Assembly (NCBI GenBank): GCA_951406725.2
Contig: OX597814.1
Span: 116,126,001 to 116,190,000, forward strand
DNA from: Octopus vulgaris
Lineage: Eukaryota
DNA length: 64,000 bases
Reading direction: 5' to 3'
How positions within the stretch are numbered: the first letter of the stretch is position 1; every line of letters begins with the position of its first letter. This document shows positions 26,531 through 41,700 of the stretch, in pieces. The notes under the pieces were generated by a model, which saw nothing but the letters and a program-made list of their open reading frames with translations, did not search any database and was not told the origin of the DNA. Made by a program: the position numbers and the translations under genes.

Positions 26531-27263
26531 ATAATAATAATGATGATTCCTATATTTTTTTGCCCGATTTTCCACCGATTCTGCCGATGTACCACACTTA
26601 GCTAGGTCGCAATAATATTAATACTAATTATTATTAATATCAATAACACATTTTACATTCTGCTAATTTCGCTGATATTTTTATCTTTAGTTTTCAGCCC
26701 TGAAAACATATCTTCATTCCAACATATTGATAAATTCCATATTTTTTTTGGTTTGTTTATCTTTGTTTGTTTATTTCTTTCTTTCATTTATTTCATCCAT
26801 TCGTTGATTTCATAGTTTTCGTTTGTTCCTTTATTTTCACTCTTTACCTTTCTTCCATTTTCTTCATCGACCCTGCACCCCTCCTTCATTCTTCTACCAC
26901 ACCACCCACCCTTTCTTCTTTGTTGTTCACATACCATTCCATTACAATTTTGATAAACACAAGAGAAGACATAAAAAGAGAACTGGAGAGAAATTCCTTC
27001 TGAACTAAATTTCCATCGTTAATTTCTATAAATTTCTATAAATACTTATTCAGCTGTGACGTTATAAAATCTACCAGACCGTAAAACTTTCCAAGCGAAG
27101 TCATGCATAATATTCCAAAGATTTACACATCATATTCATGTTCTTCTTATCGCTATTGTTGTAATTATTCTTATTCTTATTCTCATTCTGAATTCCTTGT
27201 ATTTGCTCTTCTCTTCGCTTTTTGCAACATCATACTTACACCTACATCCGACTTTATAATGAC

Positions 27264-27296
<33 letters not shown>

Positions 27297-27348
27297 AATA
27301 ATAATAATAATAATAAAAAAATAATAATAATAATAAAATAATAATAAC

Positions 27349-27400
<52 letters not shown>

Positions 27401-27411
27401 TTAATAATAAT

Positions 27412-27520
<109 letters not shown>

Positions 27521-28469
27521 TCATCACCACCATCATTATCATCGTTACCACTATTATCGTCATCATGATCATTATCATTATCAGCATTATTGCCATTGCA
27601 AGCACATTCGTCATCATGATGATGATGATCATCGTCGTCATGGTTGTCATCGTCCTCATCACCACAACTGTTACCTTCGCCATGATACTTTCCGCACTCC
27701 TCATCCTCATTGCGTCAGCCTCCTCTTCATTAATATCATCCTTCCTTGCAGTTTTCCTTCTCGTCGTTATCGACTTCACCCTTATGCAATCCCAACCAGC
27801 AGCACGACCATCAGGAGACCATGACGACGACGACCTTCACCACCACCATGACCACCACCAGCACCATGACCACCACCACCACCACCACCACCACCACCAC
27901 CACCACCACCACCACCAAAACCACCACCAACACCACAACCACCACCATGACCAGCACCACCACTAGCACCAGCACCACCATCACCACCAGCACCACCAGT
28001 ACCACCAGCACCACCACCTTCATCATCATCATTGTCATCATCATCTTCGTCGTCGTCACCATTACGCTCGCAGATGTCCTTAGCGTTATAGTTTTTGTCG
28101 TTATCATCAACCCCGTCAATGCCTCCATCGCCGTCACACTTTTGATATTGTCAGATCTAGTCATTATCTACTATAATGATACTCTTGTGTTTTTCTCCGT
28201 CACAACACACGAATGAGAAAGAAAGGGGTGATAGATAAATAAGGAAGGAAGGAAGGGGTAATGGCAAACTGATAGTGGAAGTTACATGCGGGATTGTTGG
28301 GGACCGCTTGTGAATTCCATATTCCCACGAAACGTCTTCTATGGATTCTCAATGGCACTACTAAATACAATGGCGAATTTTCATTCGACTATTACTGCTG
28401 CTGTTACTGCTACTTCAAGTACTACACAAATCTACCCAAACCCTGCTATTGCTCTTCCGCTATCTCGGC

Positions 28470-28812
28470 GTAGAAGAAACCTGAGAGTAGCGTGCTGGAA
28501 CGTCAGAACACTTCGTGACGACAGTGTCCAGGCACTTACGACGAAGGCTCTGCACAGGTACCGCGTGGCCGTTGCTTGTCTTTCAGAAGTGCGGCTTGCG
28601 GACGTCGGTCATCAAAGTCCCCGGCGAAGAATTCACCTACCATCTGTATCACAGTGGTGTGACTGATAACAGTGGCCTCCACGGGATGGCTATAGTGCTC
28701 AGCCCTGACGCGCAAGCGGCTTTGCTAGCGTGGCAGCCAATCTCGCACCGACTCGCGCTAGTTCGATTGAAGGGTCAAATCTCCAACGTCAGCGTCATCG
28801 CTGTGTATGCTC
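28470..28812 (+). pseudogene. RTE-type LINE APE endonuclease N-terminal fragment (frameshifted), truncated by SINE B at 28812-28950
   Basis: LRVACWNVRTL, ACLSEVR, YHSG..HGMAIVL, ISHRLALVRL, VIAVYA. Confidence 0.8.
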
Positions 28813-29181
28813 TACCAAATCCACTCACAAGATTTTGGTCGGCCCGAAGATATTGTAGAAGACACTTGCCCAAGGTGCCACGCAGTGGGACTGAACCTAG
28901 AACCATGTGGTTCGTAAGCGAGCTACTTACTATACAGCCACTCCTACGCCTATGTCATCTAATCTACCTAATATCACACTAGTTTGAAAAATAACGCCCC
29001 TAGAAAACAATAAACAAAACAAAAGGTACACTAGATACAGTGTATACATTATCATTAGAAACATATAGAGTTTCAGTTCTCTAAATTTACCTTCTTTTTT
29101 TTTCTTTAACATATTCGATATTTCATGGAATGATATGAACGCTTTCTCACTTGGCCTATTTCTCCATTATTATTGATGTAG

Positions 29182-29281
29182 NNNNNNNNNNNNNNNNNNN
29201 NNNNNNNNNNNNNNNNNNNNNNNNNNNNNNNNNNNNNNNNNNNNNNNNNNNNNNNNNNNNNNNNNNNNNNNNNNNNNNNNN
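29182..29281. other. Assembly gap (100 N)
   Basis: Run of N. Confidence 1.
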
Positions 29282-30219
29282 AGCAGTATTTCGTATGCCG
29301 CTACGTTCTGAGTTCTAATTCCGCCGAGGTCAACTTCGCCTTTCATCCTTTCGGGGGTCGATTAAATAAGTACCAGTTACGCACTGGGGTCGATATAATC
29401 GACTTAATCCGTTTGTCTGTCCTTGTTTGTCCCTTCTGTGTTTAGCCCCTTGTGGGTAGTAAAGAAATAGGTATAAATCTGAACTTGTAATCTGGATAGA
29501 GTAACTGCAGATTTCTCAATACTTCAGAATAGGTGTTCTCTTTTCCACTAATCTTCAGCTTTATGTTAACATCCGCTCGGCAGCTAATTCCCACAACTGT
29601 GCACAGCTTCTCTTCTCTATCCCAAATCATTATATCAGGTCTTTTGAGCTTACATTTTATTGAGGTCTTCACTGGAACATTCCACCGGAACCCCTTTTAT
29701 TTTTGAGTATCTATGGCTTCTACCATATTGTGGGTTCTTACTTTTTTGTCTCTGGGGTTATCCTTCTGACGGATTTCATTATGTATTTATGTATGTATGT
29801 ACGTATATACAAACATCCATCAATCCATCCACCCATCCATCCATCCATCCATCCATCCATCCATCCATCCATCCGTTCATCCATCCATCCATACATATAT
29901 ATATATGTGTGTATATATACATACACATACACACACACTCGCATATACGTATGTATGTATATACATGAGGGTGCATGGTTTAGTGGTTAGGGCGTTGCAC
30001 TCAGAACCGTGAGAGGTGGTTTCAGGGACTGAAACCACGATCTCACGATCTCACGTATACCTCACGTGACGTGAGGTATACCGTGCAACTGTTAAGAGGA
30101 CCTAGATTTCACAGAGGTAATGGTGAAGAATTTGCAGAAAAGTCTTTCTCGGACTAAAAGAGACTACCCTCCTCCTCCTCCCCCTCCTCCTCCTCATCAT
30201 CATCACCACCACCACCATC

Positions 30220-30252
<33 letters not shown>

Positions 30253-31327
30253 GTCATCGTGGTCGTCGTGGTCGTGGTCGTGGTCGTCGTGGTCGTGGTC
30301 GTGGTCGTCGTGGTCGTGGTCGTGGTCGTCTTGTTCGTCATCATCATCGTTGTCATCATCATCATTATTATCAGCTCCCCTCCTCTCTCTAAGTAGAAGG
30401 TATTTGCCCAAGATGCCACGCAGTGGTACTTAACCCAAAACCACGTGGCTGTAAAGAAATCTTGTTAATGACTCAGCCACGCATGCGTATGGTGTTAAAA
30501 TACAGCGGATATACGAGGGTTTACAACTTTCCATCCAATCCATAATAATAGCTCTGCCTGGAACAGAACACGTTCTACAGTTTGCTTCCATAAAATACTT
30601 CAATAATATCAATTTGGTCAACACATAATCACCAAAAATAAAAAAAAAAGGAAAGAGTAAAATAAAAAAACAAAAACAAATCTCAATTCTATGAAAATAT
30701 CGCACTTAACATAGTATGAATTATACAATAATTTAAACAACGCAAACGATGCAGCACATGCGCAGTGATCACCAGCCAATAAAATTACAGCTTCTAACCG
30801 AGAACCTCCACAAAATATCCTTGTTGTGCTATAATATATTTTATGGTACTGTTAAGCAAACTGAAATGATTAAGGATAACAAAAAAAAAAAAAAAAAAAA
30901 ACAACTACAAAAGCAAAACCGGTAAAATAGACATAATCCATATCCCTTTTTAATTCACCAAACGAGAAAAGTGAGCATACTCATTAATGCTCCGTCCTGC
31001 AGTGAAAATCACGTAAGACATTTTTGAAAAACCATCGTGAATAAATGCAAAACAAAGCGTGCAAAATGCTACTTCATCAATGTAAAACTGATGCTAAATT
31101 GAACAAAAACTTTAACTTTTTTTCCTCATATTTCTGCAAATAAAATAAAAAATGCATAAATATATTCGAGAAGAATATGTTCCTATGATACATTCACATT
31201 TTACAGCTAGATACTCTTTCACAAGGGAAAGACTACCATAATATAGGCATGTAGTAAAATATAATGTGATCTAGAATCTCTATGCATCCTGAAAGAAAAG
31301 TTTAAGAAGCCACATACTTAAAGCCAA

Positions 31328-31388
<61 letters not shown>

Positions 31389-32115
31389 CCATAAAAATAG
31401 AAGACCTAAAGGGGGGAAAATTTATTGCTGTAAATGCTTCCCTAAAATAGAAATACACAAATACAGTACAAGACCTACGTCTATCGAAGGTACACAAAAA
31501 TATTCTGTGTCATATATATAGTAAAAGCAATAATAATAAAACTACTGGATTATGTTTGCACGCTGTTCTTAACAACAATAACAATGATAATATACAATAA
31601 TGAAATAAGTTATGGGTTCTAATATGACCAACACTTTTAAGGAAGGGAATTAATCGATATCATAGAATCCAGTACTTGACTGTTATTCATTTTGTCGGCT
31701 CCGAAATGAGGAAAAGCAAAGTTGATCTCGGAACTCAGAACCTTATGAGCCGAAAGGTATGTCGCTAAGCATTTTGTCTGAAGTCTTAACGGTTCTTTCC
31801 AGTTCACCGTCTTAAAAATAATAATGTAGCGGCGAGCGAAATACTTATTTCTTTACTACCCACAAGGGGCTAAACACAGAAGGGACAAACAAGGACAGAC
31901 AAACGGATTAAGTCGATTATATCGACCCCAGTGCGTAACTGGTACTTATTTAATCGACCCCGAAAGGATGAAAGGCAAAGTCGACCTTGTTTTTAGGATG
32001 AAAGGCAAAGTCGACCTCGGCGGAATTTGGACTCAGGACGTAACGGCAGACTAAATACGGCTACGCATTTCGCCCGGCGTGCAAACGTTTCTGCCAGCTC
32101 ACCGCCTTAATAATA

Positions 32116-32179
<64 letters not shown>

Positions 32180-32283
32180 TGATAAAAATAATAATAATAA
32201 TAATGATGATGATGATGATGATGATGATGATGCGGTACCATACGCAATGAGGGTTATCCGAGATGTGGTCATTGTTAGTTGAA

Positions 32284-32365
<82 letters not shown>

Positions 32366-33322
32366 GTAATAATAATCAAGGCGGTGAGTCGGCAGAAATG
32401 TTTGCACGCCGGGCGAAATACTTAACAGTATTTCTTCTCTCTTTACGTTCTGGGTTCAAATTCCGCCGAGGTCTGCTTTACCGTTCATCCTTTCGGGGTT
32501 GATAAATTAAGTACCAGTTGCGTATTGGAGTCGATCTAATCGACCGGGTCCCACCCCTAAAATTTCAGGCCTTGTGCCTGAAGTAGAAAATAATAATAAT
32601 GATGATTCCTATATTTTTTTGCCCGATTTTCCACCGATTCTGCCGATGTACCACACTTAGCTAGGTCGCAATAATATTAATACTAATTATTATTAATATC
32701 AATAACACATTTTACATTCTGCTAATTTCGCTGATATTTTTATCTTTAGTTTTCAGCCCTGAAAACATATCTTCATTCCAACATATTGATAAATTCCATA
32801 TTTTTTTTGGTTTGTTTATCTTTGTTTGTTTATTTCTTTCTTTCATTTATTTCATCCATTCGTTGATTTCATAGTTTTCGTTTGTTCCTTTATTTTCACT
32901 CTTTACCTTTCTTCCATTTTCTTCATCGACCCTGCACCCCTCCTTCATTCTTCTACCACACCACCCACCCTTTCTTCTTTGTTGTTCACATACCATTCCA
33001 TTACAATTTTGATAAACACAAGAGAAGACATAAAAAGAGAACTGGAGAGAAATTCCTTCTGAACTAAATTTCCATCGTTAATTTCTATAAATTTCTATAA
33101 ATACTTATTCAGCTGTGACGTTATAAAATCTACCAGACCGTAAAACTTTCCAAGCGAAGTCATGCATAATATTCCAAAGATTTACACATCATATTCATGT
33201 TCTTCTTATCGCTATTGTTGTAATTATTCTTATTCTTATTCTCATTCTGAATTCCTTGTATTTGCTCTTCTCTTCGCTTTTTGCAACATCATACTTACAC
33301 CTACATCCGACTTTATAATGAC

Positions 33323-33355
<33 letters not shown>

Positions 33356-33407
33356 AATAATAATAATAATAATAAAAAAATAATAATAATAATAAAATAA
33401 TAATAAC

Positions 33408-33459
<52 letters not shown>

Positions 33460-33470
33460 TTAATAATAAT

Positions 33471-33579
<109 letters not shown>

Positions 33580-34526
33580 TCATCACCACCATCATTATCA
33601 TCGTTACCACTATTATCGTCATCATGATCATTATCATTATCAGCATTATTGCCATTGCAAGCACATTCGTCATCATGATGATGATGATCATCGTCGTCAT
33701 GGTTGTCATCGTCCTCATCACCACAACTGTTACCTTCGCCATGATACTTTCCGCACTCCTCATCCTCATTGCGTCAGCCTCCTCTTCATTAATATCATCC
33801 TTCCTTGCAGTTTTCCTTCTCGTCGTTATCGACTTCACCCTTATGCAATCCCAACCAGCAGCACGACCATCAGGAGACCATGACGACGACGACCTTCACC
33901 ACCACCATGACCACCACCAGCACCATGACCACCACCACCACCACCACCACCACCACCACCACCACCACCACCAAAAACCACCACCAACACCACAACCACC
34001 ACCATGACCAGCACCACCACTAGCACCAGCACCACCATCACCACCAGCACCACCAGTACCACCAGCACCACCACCTTCATCATCATCATTGTCATCATCA
34101 TCTTCGTCGTCGTCACCATTACGCTCGCAGATGTCCTTAGCGTTATAGTTTTTGTCGTTATCATCAACCCCGTCAATGCCTCCATCGCCGTCACACTTTT
34201 GATATTGTCAGATCTAGTCATTATCTACTATAATGATACTCTTGTGTTTTTCTCCGTCACAACACACGAATGAGAAAGAAAGGGGTGATAGATAAATAAG
34301 GAAGGAAGGAAGGGGTAATGGCAAACTGATAGTGGAAGTTACATGCGGGATTGTTGGGGACCGCTTGTGAATTCCATATTCCCACGAAACGTCTTCTATG
34401 GATTCTCAATGGCACTACTAAATACAATGGCGAATTTTCATTCGACTATTACTGCTGCTGTTACTGCTACTTCAAGTACTACACAAATCTACCCAAACCC
34501 TGCTATTGCTCTTCCGCTATCTCGGC

Positions 34527-34870
34527 GTAGAAGAAACCTGAGAGTAGCGTGCTGGAACGTCAGAACACTTCGTGACGACAGTGTCCAGGCACTTACGACG
34601 AAGGCTCTGCACAGGTACCGCGTGGCCGTTGCTTGTCTTTCAGAAGTGCGGCTTGCGGACGTCGGTCATCAAAGTCCCCGGCGAAGAATTCACCTACCAT
34701 CTGTATCACAGTGGTGTGACTGATAACAGTGGCCTCCACGGGATGGCTATAGTGCTCAGCCCTGACGCGCAAGCGGCTTTGCTAGCGTGGCAGCCAATCT
34801 CGCACCGACTCGCGCTAGTTCGATTGAAGGGTCAAATCTCCAACGTCAGCGTCATCGCTGTGTATGCTCT
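34527..34870 (+). pseudogene. Duplicate of the RTE APE fragment
   Basis: Same translation as 28470-28812. Confidence 0.8.
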
Positions 34871-35680
34871 ACCAAATCCACTCACAAGATTTTGGTCGGC
34901 CCGAAGATATTGTAGAAGACACTTGCCCAAGGTGCCACGCAGTGGGACTGAACCTAGAACCATGTGGTTCGTAAGCGAGCTACTTACTATACAGCCACTC
35001 CTACGCCTATGTCATCTAATCTACCTAATATCACACTAGTTTGAAAAATAACGCCCCTAGAAAACAATAAACAAAACAAAAGGTACACTAGATACAGTGT
35101 ATACATTATCATTAGAAACATATAGAGTTTCAGTTCTCTAAATTTACCTTCTTTTTTTTTCTTTAACATATTCGATATTTCATGGAATGATATGAACGCT
35201 TTCTCACTTGGCCTATTTCTCCATTATTATTGATGTAGCGACCAGTCTAGAGAAAATAGGATGGTCTTAGCTGGAAAGTGTTTAATGATATCAATCTACT
35301 CCACTATGGCTTGATTTGAGAGATACTAAATCACAACAACAATCTATGGTTCACAACACTGAATTATGTGGGTTTTGACGAATAGGTGTTTTGTTTATCG
35401 TGGCAATATTTATCACAAAGAAAGAAACGTGAATTAAGTGATGAAATATAACAAAACAAAATGAACAGCAGAAATTGTTGACAAAAAGAAAAAAAATATC
35501 GTTAATCAGCTAATAATAATAATGCTGCCGATAATAACAATAATGATATTAATGATAACAATATATTAGATGAGCTTAAATACGTAAATAATCATAGAAG
35601 AATCTCAAGATAAATATTATTGTTTAAAGAAAAATACAACCGAAAATAGATGCATATGAACATAAATAAATATATATATT

Positions 35681-35751
<71 letters not shown>

Positions 35752-36576
35752 GTATGTATAGCTCTATATGTGAGTGTGAATGTGTGTGTGCATGTGTGTG
35801 TGTACATGTGTGTGTGTGCATTTGTGTGCGAATTTCTATTTACAAAAAAATATTTTTAAAATCATGATGGAAAGCTTAGATAATTAAAAGCAAAATACCA
35901 ATTAGGAAGAAAGAAAATAAAAATATACAGAACTGTGAACTACTGATAAAATCTAATTTTATAATAATAATAATTCTAAAATTTCAACTTTTCCCAGGGA
36001 GTTAAATTTTGTTTTATAAATTGCCAGGAGAAGGAATAGAAAATATCACAGATGTGACAAATACGTCTGAATGTGAAGGAAAAGCAACACAACAAACACC
36101 TTCCATTGATAGTATTGGATATTTTGAAGGCGAAATACTAGGCGGTATTTCGCCTGCCGCTACGTTCTGAGTTCAAAATCCGCCGAGGTCGATTTTTCCT
36201 TTCATCCTTTCGGGGTCGATAAATTAAGTACCCTTACAAAAATTTCGGGCCGTGTGCCTAAGTAGAAAAGAAGATTGGATAGCTTGATTTAAAAAAGTTT
36301 TGAATGCAAAGGCGCAGTCGTTGCTGTGTAATTAAGAAACTCACTTTGCAAAAGCATCGCTTTGGTTTCCATTCCACAGTGCAGAATCTTGGTCAGGTGT
36401 CTTTAACTATAAACTCGGGTGCACCAAAAGCCTCGAGAGTTCGCCGTAAAACCACACAAACACGTGCGCGTTACTTTGAGCTTGTTGAAAAGCTTGACAA
36501 TCGGTATTGGTTTGTTAATGTCTCTGAAACCTTGCGGTTTAGCATAAGAGGCCTGTGGAGTGGCTACCAAAGTTGA

Positions 36577-37215
36577 GACGGGGAGATTTTCTCGATGCAA
36601 AATACCGCAGATGTCAAGAGAAACGACGAGGATGCTTTTGATTGAGCTGCGTCTCTGTCCTGCCTTCTTCGGTCGTGGAGATGACGGGGTCTTCCATTGT
36701 AACGACTGCTGCTTCGTCTCAGGGTTGTACCCGTAGACGCAAATCTCGTCTCTGTGATGATCCTCGTCCTAAAGGATGGGTCATCAGCGGCACGTTGATG
36801 GAGATTTGACGGACTTCGACGCGATGATCTTTCTGCTCAGTAGTCACCATACGGGGGACAAACTTAGCAAAGACACGTCGCATGTTCAGTTCAAACGTTA
36901 GGCTTGCCAGCTCGGAGCCATACGACTGACCAACAACATACAACAATGTCGTTGGTCCTCCTCTGACGATCCTCATAAGCAAGCTGATGAATTTTCTATA
37001 CATTTTCGGGAGTGACGCTCGTGGCAGATCTTCCAGATTGCTCATCGTCTTTCAAGGTCATTCTTCCGCTTTTGAAGCACCCGTGCCACCACTTGAAACA
37101 CTGCGTATGATCCATTGCCTCGTCACCGTAAGCTGCCAAAGCATGCTCAATATCTCTGTAGCAAACTTCCCGAGTTTAAAGCAAAATTTCAGATTAGCTT
37201 TTTTTTCTGTCCATG
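36577..37215 (-). pseudogene. Decayed mariner transposase (N-terminal HTH to first catalytic D region)
   Basis: FCFKLGKFATE, AYGDEAM, FKSGR..DDEQSGR, AKFVPR, DEICVYGYNPETKQQSLQWK..SPRPKK, with frameshifts. Confidence 0.9.
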
Positions 37216-38119
37216 ACAAAATCGCAGACTACAGCATAAACGTGATCACAAAAACAAAAAAATATATATATAAACAAGTAAAGTTAATTACCTCATCAAT
37301 ATGACTGTCCGATGTTACTACTGTTTTAATCCAAGGCAGATCTTCTGACAACTACTTATAGGTGCAGCCTGCATCTATAACTACCTGGCAGATTTACCTG
37401 GGCTTAAAGTAGTAGTAACACAGAACAGTCATATCAATACGGTGATTAACTTTACTTGTTAGTATAGTTAGTATTCTCATCTCTTGAGATTATCCAACAA
37501 CTGGCTACTTTGCTAATATACATGTACACACACACACACTCACACAGACACACACGCACATATATATATATTCGTATACACACGCACACCCATGAATATA
37601 ATTGTGTTGTAACATGGCTAACTGACTATGCATCAGAACGCTTCATGGCATGTTAAAGCTCACGCAGGCATACATGCATACACATATATTAATTACCAAA
37701 TCAAAGAAGTGAGCTATGTTTTCTTCCATTTTTGACAGCTGTTTCGGCATATGTATCTACTGCCATCAACGACCCCAATTCGTCTCACACACACAAATAA
37801 ATACATAAACATATAAATATAATTGTGCTGTAACATAATGAACAGATTACTTATTAAAATGTATTATGGCAAGAACATTTCAGAACTGTTAGATTTAGCA
37901 AATTTTCTTATAACATATTAGCTGTACATAAATGCTTCACGCTAGGAGGGACTCTTAATGTCAGACTTTAAGAGTCCCTCCTAGTGTGAGACATTTATAT
38001 ATAGTAATGTCCTAAATATAAGTAAATATATTTAAGAGGAATAATTGATGGATTTTTTCCTTATCAGGTTTTTCACGCTAACTACTTGATGAATTCTTAA
38101 AGATTTTATCCTATCTTTC

Positions 38120-38156
<37 letters not shown>

Positions 38157-38228
38157 AGCATACGGACATGTTTAGTGTGTTGATATTTTTAATGTATTCC
38201 GTCGACGACAATCTCATCATATTTTACA

Positions 38229-38387
38229 GGCGCAGGAGTGACTGTGTGGTAAGTAGCTTGCTTACCAACCACATGGTACCGTGTTCAGTCCCACTGCGTG
38301 GCACTTTGGGCAAGAGTCTTCTACTATAGCCTTGGGCCGACCAAAGCCTTGTGAGTGGATTTGTTAGGCGGAAACTGAAAGAAGTCC

Positions 38388-38441
<54 letters not shown>

Positions 38442-38722
38442 CGACGGGTTTTTCAGCTTTCAGCTATATATATATATATATATATATATATACGTGTGTA
38501 TATATGTTTATGTGTCTGTGTTTGTTCCCCCAACATCGCTTGACAACCGATGCTGGTGTGTTTACGTTCCCGTAACTTAGAATTTCGACAAAAGAGACCG
38601 ATAGAATAAGTACTAGGCTTACAAAGAGTAAGTCCAGGGGTCGATTTACTCGACTAAAGGCGGCGCTCCAGCTTGGTCACAGTCAAATGACTGAAACAAA
38701 TAAAAGAGTAAAAGAGTAAAAG
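38229..38722 (+). mobile_element. SINE family B, full length
   Basis: GGCGCAGGAGTGACTGTGTGG head through (TAAAAGAG)n tail. Confidence 0.9.
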
Positions 38723-39406
38723 TGTATAATATAGCTGGGATCACATTTTCCCATGTACTTTTCTTTAAAAATGGAAATCAGGGTAGAATTTGGCTGCAAT
38801 TTCCAGCATTTCGATTGACCACGTCGTAGTTTCTTCTACAATGTATTTTAAGATGTTGTTTTGTGGCTATGGTAAATTCTATTTATTTTAGAGTTAGCAT
38901 CCACAATATTATTGATTTTTTGTTTGGTATTTACATTCTTCGGTATTTAGATTGTTGCCTTTGGTAATGTATGTAATTTCAGCATTCCCGCTGTAAATGC
39001 TTTAAGCAGAACAACATTTCTGGCATCGGCAGCATGCTGCGTTAGCATATACAAGATTTAACGTATTTGTCTTACACTGTCGATTTTAATCCATTATAAT
39101 TAATTATTTTATTGTCGTTGAATTTCATTATAGATTCAGATTACCCGAGTTAATACAGTTTACAAACACTGTGTCATGGATGGATAATCTCGATTCTCTG
39201 AAAGCGTCTCATTGGGAATATGAGAAATTCGCTTCAGTTTACATTTGCCATATATCAGTCACATCGCTGAGAAATACATCGAGTTCTGAATATGTAAACA
39301 TTAACACAGTCCTCTTCAATAATAAAAAGTCACGACTGTTGCAAAAAACAAACAAACAAACAAAAAAACACCTGTACAGTGCCAGCTTTACACAGCAACA
39401 GCAAAC

Positions 39407-39830
39407 GTGGAGGCGCAATGGCCCAGTGGTTACGACAGAGGACTCGCGGTCGTAAGAACGCAGTTTCAATTCCCAGACCGGGCATTTTGAGTAGATATTC
39501 TAAAAACGTTGAGGCAGATTCGAACGCAAAATAAGCAAGTTGCTGCAGTGCTGCTCACAAGAGAACAACTCTTTTTTACAACGACAGTATGTTCATAACA
39601 CGCTCGGCTCATTGGGGCAAGGGAGACTGGGATGGAGGTGCAATGGCCTAGTGGTTAGGGCAACAGACTCGCGATCGTAAGAACGTGGTTTCAATTCTCA
39701 AACTGGGCATTGTGAGTGTTTACTGAGCAAAAAAAAAACAATACCTAAGCTTTACGAGGCTCCGGCGGGTGGGGGTGAACCCCGCTGTACACTTTCACCA
39801 CAACTTTCTCTCACTCTTTCTTCCTACTTC
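39407..39830 (+). mobile_element. Two SINE C 5' fragments (39407-39490, 39632-39830)
   Basis: TGGAGG.GCAATGGCC.AGTGGTTA heads. Confidence 0.75.
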
Positions 39831-41299
39831 TATCACAAAGCAGAGGAACCATGCAGTAACCCACTATAGTGTGGTAAACTTTCAGACCCACTCGTTAAAA
39901 GCCGCCGTTTACGGAATAAGGATAACAACGTAACTTTCGCGCCCGTGCAACCGCCAGTCTATCGCGTATGGTGGGTGGATCTTCAAGTTGTCACACGCTT
40001 TCTTAGTAGCTTAGAATAGGCTCGAATTAGAGATTATTCTTTGTGGCTAATGGCTCGAGCTGATTGGAAGAAGAAGAAGAAGAAGAAGAAGAAGAAGAAG
40101 AAGAAGAAGAAGAAGAAGAAGAAGAAGAAGACAAAGAAGAGGAGGCGGAGGAGGAGGAACAGCAAACAGCTGCCTACTACTCACCAAAGCTGCTGTAAAT
40201 GCGCGGCTTCATAATCTCTGTTAATCACTTATTTCGTTTTTGGATTTGGTTTTCAAGATTCTTTATATGAGTTCGTGTGTTGAAGCATATTCTGTTGTGT
40301 CTGTGGAGAGTCATTTTCTTTATGTGCCACCCGTGAGTGTGTTAAATTATAAGGCACAAAAAGGAAATGACTCTCCTCAGACACTTACTTATTATCTGAC
40401 ATTTATAACATAACCAAAGCTACTTTGTGAAGACAATCTCCAAGACTGGAAGGTGCATTATTTTTAATGAGTGGTTGCATCTTTATAAAACTCAAGTAAA
40501 GCCCGCTTCGAAACTGCTCAAACATGGAAATGTGCTGCTACTACATACGATAACATTCTAGATTACAATCAAAAGAACCCGTTATAGTGACTGAGAAAAA
40601 TTTATTCACCAGTACATTGCCACTGTTACCATCAGCGTACAGAAGCGCCCACGCTTCTTCTCTTATTCTATTTAAGTCACTACTACAACCTTTTCGGTTT
40701 CTTTGCTGTGAGTAGCTGCATGGAATCTCAGTTCCGAGTAGCTGAATTAGATATTTCTCCTAACATCATAGTTATCATTTCTCACTTTTTGGTCCTATAC
40801 TAAATATTTTCCTCAACCTTTACTCTACAGAACAGCACATCACAGCAATCTTCTGAAATTTACTTCCTTTCAATCTTTTTCCCTCTAGACTCCATTTACA
40901 GATAATCAAACTGAACATCGATGCATCGTTCTCACTCTTCTCCAAGATTCCCCAATAGTGATGGTTGCTAACTTACCTTTCCTGGCTAAAATATTAAAAA
41001 TAAAATCCCACTTTCCGTTATCTTCATGAAATTCTGTAACAAATTTGACAACGCACGTACAATACATTCTTGTGAAACGTAATGTGAGAATGTAGCAAAG
41101 TTGTCAAAATAATTCACCATATTCACAGAAACTAAAAATAAATAAACTTGTTCTAAAGCTGAGTTTATAAGTGATTCTTAATATAACTCGAACGCATTTG
41201 AATTGGCCACTGACTGGACACTGGTGATAACCACCCAAGAAATGGACAGCTGTGTGACTGGCGGAATTTCTGAGATCATGTTCTTTTTTTTTCATGGGG

Positions 41300-41700
41300 T
41301 AGTCATCAGACTCCTCATCCATAGGGTCTCATCAGAACGAATCGTATTGGATTTTCCGGCTAGACTCCGAAGCTCCGAAGCATGACCAACTTAGACTATG
41401 AATATTATGTAACCATCACTTTCTTGGTCTACCTTTACGCCTCCTGCCGATTAGCTTGGCATGAAAAACCTGTCTTGCAATTTCTTCCTGCGACATTCTA
41501 AACACATGTCCATAGTAACGAAGCTATGACCTCTCAGTGCAGGGAAACAATGGCCCGACTTGAAAAGAGTCTTTGATCTCCTAGCTAGAACATTTATTGA
41601 GTAAAGTTTTACCAGAGATCATTTGGAGGAACCATGCTTCGGTCGCTTGGATTTGCAAGTGTACGTTTTCATTATTACCCAGCATTCTTCCAAGACACTA
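41300..41700 (-). mobile_element. RTE-clade LINE C-terminal fragment
   Basis: Minus-strand translation LRYYGHVFRMSQEEIARQVFHAKLIGRRRKGRPRK*W. Confidence 0.75.

Noticed and set aside
41290-41340. CTGATGA motifs on the minus strand
   Set aside because: Part of the RTE 3' end, with no stem II or GAAA.
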